From Saprospirales bacterium (GTDB lineage: Bacteria; Bacteroidota; Bacteroidia; Chitinophagales; JADIYW01): a stretch of DNA of 64,000 bases. Below, piece after piece: positions 63,993-64,000 of the stretch. Below the pieces are notes generated by a model. It was not told where the DNA came from, did not search any database, and worked only from the letters and a program-made list of their open reading frames with translations. The stretch covers positions 130,320-194,319 of the forward strand of contig JADJSS010000004.1 of assembly GCA_016711605.1 (NCBI GenBank), written 5' to 3'. Position 1 is the stretch's first letter; each line of letters opens with the position of its first letter. The translations under genes and the position numbers were made by a program.

Positions 63993-64000
63993 GTTTTAAT

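Overview
This is an AT-rich chromosomal segment (by eye roughly one-third G+C) that reads as a Bacteroidota, Flavobacteriia-like genome. The supporting signs are TAnnTTTG -7 promoter boxes, no obvious Shine-Dalgarno sequences, a fused SecDF, futalosine-pathway menaquinone genes (mqnE-like, mqnA), and at least five very large secreted proteins ending in type IX secretion (T9SS) C-terminal sorting domains. I count about 49 protein-coding loci and one tRNA (CAU anticodon). I see no rRNA, CRISPR array, transposase, integrase or phage genes. Housekeeping content: ECF sigma factor, MFS transporter, cold-shock protein, RecQ, two glycosyltransferases, SecDF, GuaA, SecG, LptE-like lipoprotein, sigma-54 activator, MiaB, acyl-CoA carboxyltransferase, PhoD-like phosphatase, GlpK, ClpS-Aat, MnmA and MiaE. 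Accessory content: T9SS cargo (a 1736-aa protein with an Amidase_2 peptidoglycan-amidase domain plus CUB/FN3/LamG-like modules, a tandem pair of ~1080-aa adhesin-like proteins, a metzincin-type protease, and a choice-of-anchor-B-like propeller protein), a TM/Ig-like + DUF4407-like membrane gene pair, and an AAA+/DUF234-type ATPase bracketed by two copies of a 45-bp hairpin element. Five things are not explained by ordinary annotation. (i) A ~345-bp island of extreme G, C and T homopolymers (49694-50036) fills a convergent intergenic gap. (ii) There is a family of 6-9-bp tandem microrepeats: heptamers inside or at the 5' ends of two adjacent glycosyltransferase genes and at the sigma-54-activator/LptE junction, and AGTGAA hexamers inside miaB, mnmA and a repeat protein. 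(iii) A ~300-bp x4.5 in-frame tandem repeat sits in the conserved gene upstream of secG. (iv) There are REP-like palindromic elements. (v) A TAnnTTT(G/A)-N3-4-ATG layout recurs and suggests leaderless mRNAs. Strong caveat: six loci, including essential-looking secDF and mnmA, are frame-disrupted, mostly at A/T homopolymers. The record therefore probably carries homopolymer-length sequencing errors, and the homopolymer island may be the same problem in extreme form. No locus can be proven from sequence alone to be a new system; the candidates are ranked in the findings.
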